Source: an uncultured Helcococcus sp. (GTDB lineage Bacteria; Bacillota; Clostridia; Tissierellales; Peptoniphilaceae). Taken from it: a DNA stretch of 64,000 bases. The translations under genes were made by a program, and so were the position numbers. Numbering within the stretch: the stretch's first letter is position 1; each line of letters begins with the position of its first letter. Shown here piece after piece: positions 21,376 through 31,050 of this stretch. The notes under the pieces were generated by a model. That model had not been told where the DNA came from. It saw only the letters and a program-made list of their open reading frames with translations, and made no database searches. Where the stretch lies: positions 1,062 through 65,061 of the forward strand of contig CALAZW010000067.1 of NCBI GenBank assembly GCA_937926545.1. Direction: 5' to 3'.

Positions 21376-23157
21376 TTACTGAGTTAATCTTTTTAGAATA
21401 TCTGTCAATTCCATGGTCAATTCTAATTTGTCGCTTCCTGCTTCCTTTAATAAGTGCATTATTTCATCTCTTCTAGTCTCTAGCTTGTTTTTTTCCAATC
21501 TTTCTACCAGCTCCTGGCTCAAAAGGTCTAGATCCTCATAATCATCCTTAAAAGTAATATTTTGTCCCAGCTTGTCCACCAGTAAGGGATCAAAATTTCC
21601 TCCTAAAAACGCCTTAAAATCATTTCTATCTATTGTATCAACTTCTTCGTACTGCCTGGATATCCAGTCGTATATTTGAGCTAACTCATTGTTTTCTATA
21701 AAGCTAAAGGCTTCGTCTTTTAGCTTCTCATACGCTGACTTGTGGTAGAGTGATTTTTCTATCAACTCCACCTCCAATAAATATTTAATATTTATCTTGG
21801 GCAAAACGATTTTTTCTCTTGTCTCATTATGTCTATACCCACTTTTCTGGTATGACTTATATCCAGATTTTTTTTCCATCTTTTCCAGCTGCCTTTGCCT
21901 GTGGTCATAAACGTCCTTTTTCAAGGAATCTTTAGATATATCCAACAGTTTGGCCGCCTTATCTATATATTCATCCCTTATAACATTTCTTTCTATCTGA
22001 CTTAAAAAGTCGGTTACCTTGTCTATCATATCCAACTTGTCATCGGCCTTTCTTATTAGAAGGTCCAACTGATAGTCCAAGGGATTCTTGGCATTTTTCA
22101 TAAGTCCAAAGAAGGATTCCCTGCCATAGGAACTAATATATTCATCTGGGTCCATGCCTGATGGCAATTCTATTATTCCCAGTTGACTATCTATCTTATC
22201 AAAAATCTCAATAGCTCTCAATGTGGCCTTTATTCCAGCTTCATCAGAATCATAGGCTATGTAAATGTTTCTCCCATACCTCTTTACTAGCTTGGCTTGA
22301 TTTTCAGTAAGAGCTGTCCCCAAACTGGCTACAGAAAAATTAATCCCCTTGTTGTAAAGGCCTATAACGTCCATATAGCCTTCAACCAGGATTATATTTT
22401 CCTTGTTCCTATTTTTTTGTACCAAGTTTACCCCGTATAAATTATCTCCCTTGATAAAAACATCTGTTTCCGGAGAGTTTATATATTTTATCTTGTGGTC
22501 AATTATGGTTCTTCCGCCAAAGCCTATAATTCTCTTCTTATTGTCTATTATAGGAAACATAAGCCTATTTCTAAACTTATCATAATAAGAGGGAGAATTA
22601 TTTGATTTAGCAATAAAACCCAAATGAATCATCTCTTCTTCACTTATATTTCTAGCCTTTAAAAACCTATAAAGACTGTCATTTTCTCCATCTGCATAAC
22701 CCAATAAAAAAGTGTTCATGATGGACCTGTCAAAGCCCCTGTTTTTTAGATAGTCCTGAGGCCTCTTATTGGTTAAAAAGCTTTTAAAATAAAACTTCAT
22801 AACCAGCTCATTTATCTTATATAGCCTTTGCCTCTTGTCTATCTTTTCCTTATTATAGGTCTTTTCCGTAAGGACAAAACCACTCTTGTCAGCCAAAAAC
22901 CTGATGGCCTCTAAATAGGAAAGATTTTCAATTTTCATAATAAAGGAAATGGTGTCTCCACCTTCATGACAGCCAAAACAATGAAAATTCCCCCTCTCCC
23001 TACTGACGGTAAAAGAAGGTGTCTTTTCATTATGAAAGGGACAAAGCCCCTTATAGCTGGAACCTGTCCTTTTTAAGTTTACGTATTCAGAAACAATATC
23101 TACGATATCTAAAGAATCTTTAAGTCTAGAAATTTGATCTTCTGGAATATATCCCAT
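21376..23157 (-). CDS. dnaG: DNA primase
   Basis: Zinc finger CPFHNEKTPSF...CFGC and a TOPRIM region (VEGYMDV). I chose the ATG at 23157, which follows GAGGTG. Confidence 0.93.
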   Translation of the reverse strand: MGYIPEDQISRLKDSLDIVDIVSEYVNLKRTGSSYKGLCPFHNEKTPSFTVSRERGNFHCFGCHEGGDTISFIMKIENLSYLEAIRFLADKSGFVLTEKTYNKEKIDKRQRLYKINELVMKFYFKSFLTNKRPQDYLKNRGFDRSIMNTFLLGYADGENDSLYRFLKARNISEEEMIHLGFIAKSNNSPSYYDKFRNRLMFPIIDNKKRIIGFGGRTIIDHKIKYINSPETDVFIKGDNLYGVNLVQKNRNKENIILVEGYMDVIGLYNKGINFSVASLGTALTENQAKLVKRYGRNIYIAYDSDEAGIKATLRAIEIFDKIDSQLGIIELPSGMDPDEYISSYGRESFFGLMKNAKNPLDYQLDLLIRKADDKLDMIDKVTDFLSQIERNVIRDEYIDKAAKLLDISKDSLKKDVYDHRQRQLEKMEKKSGYKSYQKSGYRHNETREKIVLPKINIKYLLEVELIEKSLYHKSAYEKLKDEAFSFIENNELAQIYDWISRQYEEVDTIDRNDFKAFLGGNFDPLLVDKLGQNITFKDDYEDLDLLSQELVERLEKNKLETRRDEIMHLLKEAGSDKLELTMELTDILKRLTQ

Positions 23158-23220
23158 ATTCACACCTCTACATTATAGTTATTTACCCAATTGTTCATAA
23201 GTGCAAACAAGCAAGTAAAT

Positions 23221-24024
23221 TTACTTGCTTTGTTTCTTATCAATTATTGATATAACCTTTGTAGCCGTCTCCTCTATAGTTGATCCAGTTACGTCTATTA
23301 CCTCACAGCCTAGTTTATCAAAAACTGTCCTGGCATAGACCAACTCTTCCCTGATCCTATCCTTCTTGGCATAGTCAGATGCTTCTGATAGGCCCAGGGC
23401 TTTAATCCTATCCTCCCTAATGGAGTTTAGGTTGTCCGGGTCTATGATAAGACCTATAATCTTATTCCTATCCACTTGAAATAGACTATCTGGTAAATCT
23501 ATCTCAGGAACTAAAGGTAGATTGGCCACCTTATAGTTCTTATTGGCCAAAAGCATGGATAGGGGGGTCTTAGAGGTTCTAGACACTCCAACTAGGACTA
23601 TATCAGCCTTTAATAAGCCTCTTTCATCTTTACCATCATCATACTTTATGGCAAACTCTATAGCTTCCATTTTTTCAAAGTAATCAGAATCCAATCCTCT
23701 CATCAGTCCTGGTAGCCTTAGGGCCTTCTTACCTGTTATATTTTCAATCATGGCCAAGGGTCCACCCAGCATATCCACTACTTCAACCTGGTTTTTCTCA
23801 GCCTGGTCTAGAAGATACTGTCTAATATCTTCCAGGACCATGGTCATGATTATTATTGATTTTCTTTCAATACTATTAAATAATTCATCCACCTGTTCAA
23901 TTGAATTTACATTAGAATATCTAAAGTCCCTAAACTCTAGGTCTGGAAATTGGATAATTATAGAATTGGCGTATTGATTTGCTGTTTCTCCAGTTGAATC
24001 TGAAACAACATATATATCCAACAT
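23221..24024 (-). CDS. Pyruvate phosphate dikinase / PEP synthase regulatory protein family (YqfL-like kinase/phosphorylase)
   Basis: 267 aa with the P-loop-like GVSRTSKTP. The position between glyS and dnaG matches yqfL in B. subtilis. Confidence 0.8.
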   Translation of the reverse strand: MLDIYVVSDSTGETANQYANSIIIQFPDLEFRDFRYSNVNSIEQVDELFNSIERKSIIIMTMVLEDIRQYLLDQAEKNQVEVVDMLGGPLAMIENITGKKALRLPGLMRGLDSDYFEKMEAIEFAIKYDDGKDERGLLKADIVLVGVSRTSKTPLSMLLANKNYKVANLPLVPEIDLPDSLFQVDRNKIIGLIIDPDNLNSIREDRIKALGLSEASDYAKKDRIREELVYARTVFDKLGCEVIDVTGSTIEETATKVISIIDKKQSK

Positions 24025-24034
24025 ATTATCCTCC

Positions 24035-26110
24035 TTATTTCCTGACTATGGTCTTAGGATTAAATATTTCTAATATTCTATCCCCAACATTTTTAACTAA
24101 CTTTAACCTGCTGGTCTTTAGTCTTTCGTCTTCCACATTTATCATGGTATTATCCAAGTATTCATTAAGAGTAACCATGATAGTTTCCAAATATTCCAAG
24201 GATTTTTTATAGTCTCCTATAAAGATTAACTTGTCAATTTCTTCCAAGTCCGTATTTAAACCCAAGACCTTAAGGTCGCTTTCTTCTAAAACTTCTGTGT
24301 TAATTTCGCCATCTTCAAAATCCTTGGTAATATTATTTACCCTGATAAAGCCAGTTAAAATATCTTCAGAGTTTTCTCTTTCATCTATAAAATTAGAAAG
24401 GTCCTTAACCTTTAAGTACATTTCATAAATATCAAGATTTTCTTGTTCTAAAACCGAATCTATAATGTCATATCTAAAGCCATCTTCTATAAGCTTGTTT
24501 CTCAGTCTGCTCTTGATAAAGCCAACTATATTTGAACTGATCTCTTCATAGGAAAAGTCCAAACCAAATCCTTCAACAAAGTTATATAGACAGTCCCTTA
24601 TTAAAGGTCTTAGGTCTATGCTCATCTTATTATCTATTAATATATTAATAATTCCTAAGGCTGCCCTTCTTTGACCGTAAGGGTCTTGAGAACCTGTAAC
24701 TTGAATATCTAGGGCATGTAGTCCACATATACTATCCAGCTTATCCACTATGGAAAGCATGACACCTGCTGTAGATTTTGGCAATTGCCCCTTGGCCTGT
24801 CTAGGCATATATTGTTCTTCTATAGCCTTGGCCACTATGGAGTTTTCCTTAGACTTATCAGCATAAATTCTACCCATGGTTCCTTCAAGCTCTGTAAACT
24901 CTATAACTGTCTTTGTAACCAAATCTGCCTTAGATAGAAAGGCTGCTCTTGATGCTAGTTTAATCGCATCATCTCCAGCTTCCAACAATTCACCTATGGA
25001 TTTAACCAACTTTTCCAATCTCTTGGTTTTGTCATACATGGATCCCAGGTTTTCATGATAGCCCAGATTTTTTAAGTCTTCCACATAGTCTTCAAGTGGC
25101 TTTGACATGTCTTGATTATAGAAGAATTTAGCATCTTCCAATCTGGCAACTAAAACCTTTTCATTTCCCTTGGCCACATTTTCCATTCCCTTGTCATCTC
25201 CATTTCTAACTGAAATAAAGTAAGGTAATAGTCTGTTATTATCATCTAAGATAGGAAAATATCTTTGATGATCCTTCATAGGTGTTATGATAACTTCCTT
25301 GGGAAGTTCTAAATATTCAGGGTCAAATCCTCCTATAAATGGAGTTGGATACTCGTTAATATGAACTACTTCATATAGAAGGTCTTCGTCCATCATAACA
25401 TTTCCCCCATTGGCCTTGGCCAACTTATTGATTCCCCTAACTATAATATTTTTTCTCTTTTCTTCATCTACTATTACATAGTTTTCTTCCAATAGCCCTT
25501 CATAGTCATCGATCTTATCTATAATAATTTCTGATGAACCTAGGAATCTATGGCCCTTGCTGGTTCTACCCACACTTATCTTTTCCAGGTCAAAGTCTAA
25601 AACTTGATCATCTAATAAGGATACAATCCATCTGATAGGTCTTAAGAATCTAAGGTTTTTTCCACCCCACTTCATAGCCTTTGGATTGGATATATTCCTA
25701 ATTACTGCTGGTATTCCTTGGGATAAAACTTCCTCAAGAGGTTTGGCCTGGGTCTTTATATGGGCATAAACATACTCTTCCCCATTTAATTCTTCCAAGC
25801 TTATATCGTCTATAGTTACCTTCTTGCTCTTCATAAATCCTTGAAGGGCTCTTGAAGGATTTCCTTCTTGGTCATAGGCTATTTTCTTGGCTGGTCCCTT
25901 TACCTTTTCCACTGAGTTTTCAGCCTTGGAGCTTATGCCATCCACTAGGACAGCAAACCTTCTAGGAGTACTGTTTATAGTGATCTTGTCAAAATCATAT
26001 TTCTCTTCTCTTAATAGTTTGTTGATTCCTTCTACAATTTGATTTTTAGTTGAATCAATATATTTAGCAGGAAATTCTTCAACTCCTATTTCTAATAAAT
26101 ATCTATTCAA
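24035..26110 (-). CDS. glyS: Glycine--tRNA ligase beta subunit
   Basis: 691 aa starting LLEIGVEEFPAKY, immediately after glyQ. Confidence 0.93.
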   Translation of the reverse strand: MNRYLLEIGVEEFPAKYIDSTKNQIVEGINKLLREEKYDFDKITINSTPRRFAVLVDGISSKAENSVEKVKGPAKKIAYDQEGNPSRALQGFMKSKKVTIDDISLEELNGEEYVYAHIKTQAKPLEEVLSQGIPAVIRNISNPKAMKWGGKNLRFLRPIRWIVSLLDDQVLDFDLEKISVGRTSKGHRFLGSSEIIIDKIDDYEGLLEENYVIVDEEKRKNIIVRGINKLAKANGGNVMMDEDLLYEVVHINEYPTPFIGGFDPEYLELPKEVIITPMKDHQRYFPILDDNNRLLPYFISVRNGDDKGMENVAKGNEKVLVARLEDAKFFYNQDMSKPLEDYVEDLKNLGYHENLGSMYDKTKRLEKLVKSIGELLEAGDDAIKLASRAAFLSKADLVTKTVIEFTELEGTMGRIYADKSKENSIVAKAIEEQYMPRQAKGQLPKSTAGVMLSIVDKLDSICGLHALDIQVTGSQDPYGQRRAALGIINILIDNKMSIDLRPLIRDCLYNFVEGFGLDFSYEEISSNIVGFIKSRLRNKLIEDGFRYDIIDSVLEQENLDIYEMYLKVKDLSNFIDERENSEDILTGFIRVNNITKDFEDGEINTEVLEESDLKVLGLNTDLEEIDKLIFIGDYKKSLEYLETIMVTLNEYLDNTMINVEDERLKTSRLKLVKNVGDRILEIFNPKTIVRK

Positions 26111-26111
26111 A

Positions 26112-26984
26112 TTAATCCTCCTTTAGTAGCGGAAATCCGAGTTCTTTACGTTTTTCTATATATTCCTCTGCTACTCTTCTAGCTAAATTTCTAACCCTTT
26201 GTATATAATGATTTCTCTCAGAAACTGAGATTGCCCCTCTTGAATCTAACACGTTAAAGGTGTGAGAACACTTAAGAACATAATCATAGGCTGGCATAAC
26301 CAACTTCTTATCTATAATCCTTTTGGCTTCCTTTTCATATATGTCAAAAAGATTAGCCAACATGTCTACGTCAGCCTCTTCAAAACTATAAACGGAATTT
26401 TCATATTCTGCCACTTGGAAAATATCTTGGTATTTCACGTTTTCATTCCATTTAATATCATAAACATTGTCCACATTTTGTAAGTACATGGCAATTCTTT
26501 CAAGTCCCATGGTTATTTCTCCAGATTCAATATCTAAAGCTATACCACCTACCTGTTGAAAATATGTAAATTGAGTTATTTCCATACCATCAAGCCATAC
26601 TTCCCAACCTACACCCCAGGCTCCTAGAGTAGGTGATTCCCAGTTATCTTCAACAAATCTTATGTCGTGGATGGTCGGGTCTATTCCTATAACTCTTAGG
26701 GATTCCAAATATATATCTTGTATATTATCTGGAGTAGGTTTTAATATTATTTGAAGTTGATGGTGTTGGTATAATCTATTTGGATTTTCCCCATATCTAC
26801 CATCTGCTGGCCTTCTTGAAGGTTCCACATATACAACCTTCCATGGTTCAGGGCCTAAAGATCTTAAAAAAGTATGGGGATTCATAGTTCCCGCCCCTTT
26901 TTCAATATCATATGGTTCTAACACTAATGCGCCCTTATCGGACCAGTATTCCTTTAATTTTTCAATCATTTCTTGAAAATACAT
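26112..26984 (-). CDS. glyQ: Glycine--tRNA ligase alpha subunit
   Basis: The protein reads [18 protein letters not shown]...[19 protein letters not shown] chose the start after GGAGG. Confidence 0.95.
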   Translation of the reverse strand: MYFQEMIEKLKEYWSDKGALVLEPYDIEKGAGTMNPHTFLRSLGPEPWKVVYVEPSRRPADGRYGENPNRLYQHHQLQIILKPTPDNIQDIYLESLRVIGIDPTIHDIRFVEDNWESPTLGAWGVGWEVWLDGMEITQFTYFQQVGGIALDIESGEITMGLERIAMYLQNVDNVYDIKWNENVKYQDIFQVAEYENSVYSFEEADVDMLANLFDIYEKEAKRIIDKKLVMPAYDYVLKCSHTFNVLDSRGAISVSERNHYIQRVRNLARRVAEEYIEKRKELGFPLLKED

Positions 26985-27046
26985 AACTTCCTCCAATTCC
27001 GTTTTTCACTTCTATAAATCTACCAAAATAAGGCCTAGATGTCAAT

Positions 27047-27808
27047 CTATAGCAACTTTAACTTCTCTATAAGGTCCCATGAATTAAGCTTTTTTATCTC
27101 GGTTTTATCAAATAAAAATCTCATTAATATTCTATTTATTTCATCTGCCCTGGCCTTGGGAAAATCTATCTCATCTGCCCTGTCAATTTTCTCATAGAGA
27201 AGCTGGGTCAAATAAGTATAGTCCTGTCTAGACAAGGCTATACCTCCCACGGGGCCATAACAATCCTGGCAGACTATTCCCCCATAGTCTATGTTAAAAT
27301 ACACCCTATTAAACCTGTCCTTGCCACAGTTTATACAGCTTAAAAGGTTGGGCTTATAGCCCAGCATAGAGCTATATTTTAACAGAAACATTGCCAGTAG
27401 AATATCCTTTCTTTCTATCTTATCTATATGTTTTAATATTTTGTCATAAAAATCATATATTTCATTGTTTTCCATATTTTCATAGACGGTCTTTAGGATG
27501 ATTTCTGAAAATAATTGGCTGTAGTAAAGATTGTCAATTGAAGTCCTTAAACCCAGGTTTGCATCTATTATTTCCCCGTCTATTAGATAATAAAAACCCC
27601 TTGATTTTTTCAAGTTAAACTTGGATTTACAGTAGGGAGAGGTCAGGTTCATTTTTTTTGACTTGGGGTTTTTAGCCCCCCTGGCCATAACTGAAATTAC
27701 TCCCAGCCTCTTGGTAAATATTTTTATTATCCTGCTAGTCTCCTTGTAGTCCAGGCTATAAATAACATAGCCTTCCAAATCCTTTAGAAGATTAGTATCT
27801 ATATCCAA
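27047..27808 (-). CDS. recO: DNA repair protein RecO
   Basis: 253 aa with a CxxC...CxxC zinc motif (CINCG...CQDC), downstream of era. Confidence 0.85.
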   Translation of the reverse strand: MDIDTNLLKDLEGYVIYSLDYKETSRIIKIFTKRLGVISVMARGAKNPKSKKMNLTSPYCKSKFNLKKSRGFYYLIDGEIIDANLGLRTSIDNLYYSQLFSEIILKTVYENMENNEIYDFYDKILKHIDKIERKDILLAMFLLKYSSMLGYKPNLLSCINCGKDRFNRVYFNIDYGGIVCQDCYGPVGGIALSRQDYTYLTQLLYEKIDRADEIDFPKARADEINRILMRFLFDKTEIKKLNSWDLIEKLKLL

Positions 27809-28679
27809 AGTCCTTCACCCTAGCTTCTTTCTTTCTCCAGTTCTTAGCTACCTTAACCCAAATCTTAAGATTTACCCTGGTGTCTAAAAGTTTTTCTATG
27901 TCTTTTCTAGCCTGGGATCCAATCTTATTTAACATCTTACCCTGCTTGCCTATTACCATGCCCTTGTGGGATTCTTGTTCCACATAAAGGTTGACAAAGA
28001 CATCTACCAATTCCTTATCCTCCCTCTTGGATATCTGTTGTATTTCCACATAGATTCCATGGGGAATTTCTTGTTCCAGATTATTTAGGGCCTTTTCCCT
28101 GATTATTTCAGCTATAATATTTCTTTCTGGCTGGTCTGTAATCATATCTTCTGGATAATACATGGGTCCTTCTTCAAAAATATCATAAAGGGTTTCCATA
28201 TATATATTCAAGTTATCATCGTCCTTGGCAGAAATAGGTATTATACTGTGAAACATATTAAGTTGCAAATACTTGTCTATTAACTTGTTTACTTCTTCAT
28301 CTTCTATGGTATCTATCTTATTAATTAAAAGAATGATAGGTGTTTCTATCTTTCTTAATTTTTCTAATATATAACTATCAAGCTTTCCTATTTCCTCACT
28401 TACGTCCACCATAAAGGTAACCACATCCACCTCTTGTAAAGTGGATTCAGAAACATTTAGCATATAGTCTCCCAGCTTATTTTTAGGCATTTGAATTCCT
28501 GGTGTATCCAAGAAAACAGCCTGCATTTGATCATCTGTATATACTAAGTGGATCTTATTTCTAGTAGTTTGGGGCTTGTCTGAGATAATTGATATCTTCT
28601 CCCCTATTAGTTGGTTAAGCAAGGTTGATTTTCCAACATTTGGTCTTCCTATAACTGTAACAAATCCTGATTTAAACAT
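27792..28679 (-). CDS. era: GTPase Era
   Basis: GRPNVGKST, DTPG and NKID motifs plus a C-terminal KH domain. Confidence 0.95.
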   Translation of the reverse strand: MFKSGFVTVIGRPNVGKSTLLNQLIGEKISIISDKPQTTRNKIHLVYTDDQMQAVFLDTPGIQMPKNKLGDYMLNVSESTLQEVDVVTFMVDVSEEIGKLDSYILEKLRKIETPIILLINKIDTIEDEEVNKLIDKYLQLNMFHSIIPISAKDDDNLNIYMETLYDIFEEGPMYYPEDMITDQPERNIIAEIIREKALNNLEQEIPHGIYVEIQQISKREDKELVDVFVNLYVEQESHKGMVIGKQGKMLNKIGSQARKDIEKLLDTRVNLKIWVKVAKNWRKKEARVKDFGYRY

Positions 28680-28687
28680 AATTCTCC

Positions 28688-29434
28688 TTATATAAACTTC
28701 ATAAATATTAATAGTGTTACCATAAGCCCGACTAGGGCTCCTAAAACCACTTCTGACAGGGAGTGAATTTTAGCCTCTACCCTTGATTCTGCCACAATAA
28801 AGGCCAGGACATAAAACATAAATCTCAGTCTGGCATCTGGAGTTAAAAAACTACCTATAGTGGCTAAACTAAAGGCTAGGGCCGCATGGCCTGACACAGT
28901 TCCACCCTGAAAGGGGCTGCCCTTACCCTTGTAAAATATTCCCTTTAACAAGAGGGTCAAGACCAAAACTAAGGCTATGGTAATAAAGGACAGATGGGAA
29001 CTATTGGCCCATATTTTCTTGTAGGCAGACTTGGATAAGTCCAATATCCTATTATAAAATAAAAGATAGCCCACTAAAACAGCATTTATTGCAGCTATAA
29101 AAACCGCCCCTGCCGCTATATCCTTGGTGTTTTTAGCCAGTTTGGAATACTTGCCTCCACTGGCCAGGTCAGTTATCTCTTCTATGGCAGTATTAAAAAG
29201 TTCCGCCATGAAAACCATGGTAATAGTTATGGTAAGCATGCCCATCTCCACCCGGGTAAAATCAAAAAAAAGACTAAAGGCAATGACAAATATGGCCGCC
29301 ACTATATGAATCTTCATGTTTTTTTCCACATTAACAGCAGTCAAGAGGCCATGGACAGCATTATTAAAAGACTGTATCAAATTTTCATTTTTTTGAATCC
29401 TTTTATCTTTTTTATCATCAGGGTTTTTATTCAC
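28688..29434 (-). CDS. dgkA: DgkA-type lipid (undecaprenol/diacylglycerol) kinase fused to a PAP2-like phosphatase domain
   Basis: The N-terminal half carries the DgkA motif AELFNTAIEEITD. The C-terminal half carries PAP2-like VSGH and SRVEAKIHSLSEV motifs across extra TM helices. Confidence 0.7.
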   Translation of the reverse strand: MNKNPDDKKDKRIQKNENLIQSFNNAVHGLLTAVNVEKNMKIHIVAAIFVIAFSLFFDFTRVEMGMLTITITMVFMAELFNTAIEEITDLASGGKYSKLAKNTKDIAAGAVFIAAINAVLVGYLLFYNRILDLSKSAYKKIWANSSHLSFITIALVLVLTLLLKGIFYKGKGSPFQGGTVSGHAALAFSLATIGSFLTPDARLRFMFYVLAFIVAESRVEAKIHSLSEVVLGALVGLMVTLLIFMKFI

Positions 29435-29885
29435 TTTTAAATACTCCCAATTCCTTCATTATTTCCTTTTCTCTAGATCTCATTTCTTCTTTTTCTTCTT
29501 CTTCCATATGGTCATATCCTAAAAGATGAAGGGTTGAATGGACAGTTAAATACATCATTTCCCTTTTAAGACTATGGCCAAACTCTTCTGCCTGGTCCCT
29601 GGCCCTATCAACACAAATAACTATGTCTCCCAGCATGCCAAAGGTCTCTATTTCTTCCAAGGTCTCAAATAGGTAGAAGCTTAAAACATCTGTCACAGCA
29701 TCCTTGTCCCTATAGTCCTTATTAAGCTCTCTTATTTCATCAGATTCCACAAAAGATAGGGAAACTTCATAGTCTCCTTCTAGGCCTTCATGGGCCAGAG
29801 TCTGGCTTATGGCCTTTTCCAGATCATCTTTTATTTCATCCTTTAGTTCAAATCCTGGATCCCTATTATCTATTAGTAGATTCAT
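29427..29885 (-). CDS. ybeY: rRNA maturation endoribonuclease YbeY
   Basis: HSTLHLLGYDH zinc motif. I trimmed the start to MNLLIDN. Confidence 0.92.
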   Translation of the reverse strand: MNLLIDNRDPGFELKDEIKDDLEKAISQTLAHEGLEGDYEVSLSFVESDEIRELNKDYRDKDAVTDVLSFYLFETLEEIETFGMLGDIVICVDRARDQAEEFGHSLKREMMYLTVHSTLHLLGYDHMEEEEKEEMRSREKEIMKELGVFKSE

Positions 29886-30843
29886 TTTTGTTTTTCTCCT
29901 CATATTCCTCATAGGCGTCAATTATCCTTTGTACTAGAGGATGCCTTACCACGTCATTTCTATCAAAGTCCTTAAAGTCTATTCCCTTAACCCCTTGAAG
30001 AATCTCCCTGATAGTTACCAGGCCTGACTTCTTGCCCCTAGGCAGGTCCAACTGGGTTATATCACCAGTAATTATAGCCTTGGAACCGTAGCCCAATCTG
30101 GTTAAAAACATCTTCATCTGTTCACTGGTCGTATTTTGTGCCTCATCTAAAACTATAAAGGCATTATCCAGGGTTCTCCCCCTCATATAGGCCAGGGGAG
30201 CCACCTCAATTTGGCCTCTTTCCATAAGCTTTTGATAGGTATCTGGTCCCATGATTTCAAATAAAGCATCATATAGGGGCCTTAGGTAGGGATCTATTTT
30301 TTCTTGAAGATCTCCCGGTAAAAATCCCAGGTTTTCTCCAGCTTCAACAGCTGGCCTGGTTAAAATAATCCTATTTACTTCCTTGTTCTTAAAGGCCTCT
30401 ATGGCCATGGCCATGGCCAAGTAGGTCTTACCAGTTCCTGCAGGTCCTATTCCAAAAACTATCCCATTTTTTCTAATTGAGTCCACATAGGCCTTTTGTC
30501 CTATGGTCTTGGGTCTAATAGGCTTACCCTGATAGGTTGTAACTACCACATCGTCCAGGTAGTCCTTAATATGGTCGGCACTATTTTTCTTTTCCATAGC
30601 GATGGCATATTTAACATCTGCCAGACTTAGGGTTTTTTTAGTCCTTATGATTTCGTCTAGAACATCCAAGAGATGCAGGCTCATCTTAACCAGGGACTCT
30701 TCCCCCCTTATCTGTAAGCGATCATCTTGAAGTCTAATCTTAACTGAAAATTCCCTTTCAATTTCCTTAATATTTTCATCTAAATTTCCAAATAAAACAT
30801 GCAATTTATCTATATTATTAATCTCTCTATAAACTTCCTTCAT
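29866..30843 (-). CDS. phoH: PhoH-like ATPase
   Basis: Walker A GPAGTGKT and a DEAQN box. Confidence 0.92.
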   Translation of the reverse strand: MKEVYREINNIDKLHVLFGNLDENIKEIEREFSVKIRLQDDRLQIRGEESLVKMSLHLLDVLDEIIRTKKTLSLADVKYAIAMEKKNSADHIKDYLDDVVVTTYQGKPIRPKTIGQKAYVDSIRKNGIVFGIGPAGTGKTYLAMAMAIEAFKNKEVNRIILTRPAVEAGENLGFLPGDLQEKIDPYLRPLYDALFEIMGPDTYQKLMERGQIEVAPLAYMRGRTLDNAFIVLDEAQNTTSEQMKMFLTRLGYGSKAIITGDITQLDLPRGKKSGLVTIREILQGVKGIDFKDFDRNDVVRHPLVQRIIDAYEEYEEKNKNESTNR

Positions 30844-30902
30844 ATATACCTCACTTTATCATATCTATTATATCTTAATGGGACTTTTTTTTCATTAGTT
30901 TA

Positions 30903-30930
30903 TATAAAAGAAAGGAGTCTAACGACTCCT
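30903..30930 (-). terminator. Intrinsic terminator after the nfeD-floA unit
   Basis: AGGAGUC-GUUA-GACUCCU followed by a U-rich tract on the minus strand. Confidence 0.7.
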
Positions 30931-31050
30931 TCTAAATTTAGGTCTTTCCAATATTTCCTTGTAGATTAGGGCCTTTTTCAAATTCCTAGCCCTGTCCTTA
31001 CCTGTCAAATCTTTTTTTATCTCATCAACCAGGTTTTTATTTTTTTTCAT
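30916..31050 (-). CDS. Candidate 44-aa basic small protein, below the ORF track cutoff
   Basis: My translation: [43 protein letters not shown]. The ATG overlaps the last 14 nt of floA in another frame. The stop TAG sits in the terminator loop. There is no strong RBS. Confidence 0.35.

Noticed and set aside
23205-23235. A strong hairpin (AAACAAGCAAGTAA / TTACTTGCTTTGTTT) at the 3' end of the yqfL-like gene, upstream of dnaG, as a possible terminator.
   Set aside because: No U-tract follows it on the minus strand, and dnaG lies 60 nt downstream in the same orientation. It could be an RNA processing or stability element, but I cannot support a terminator call.
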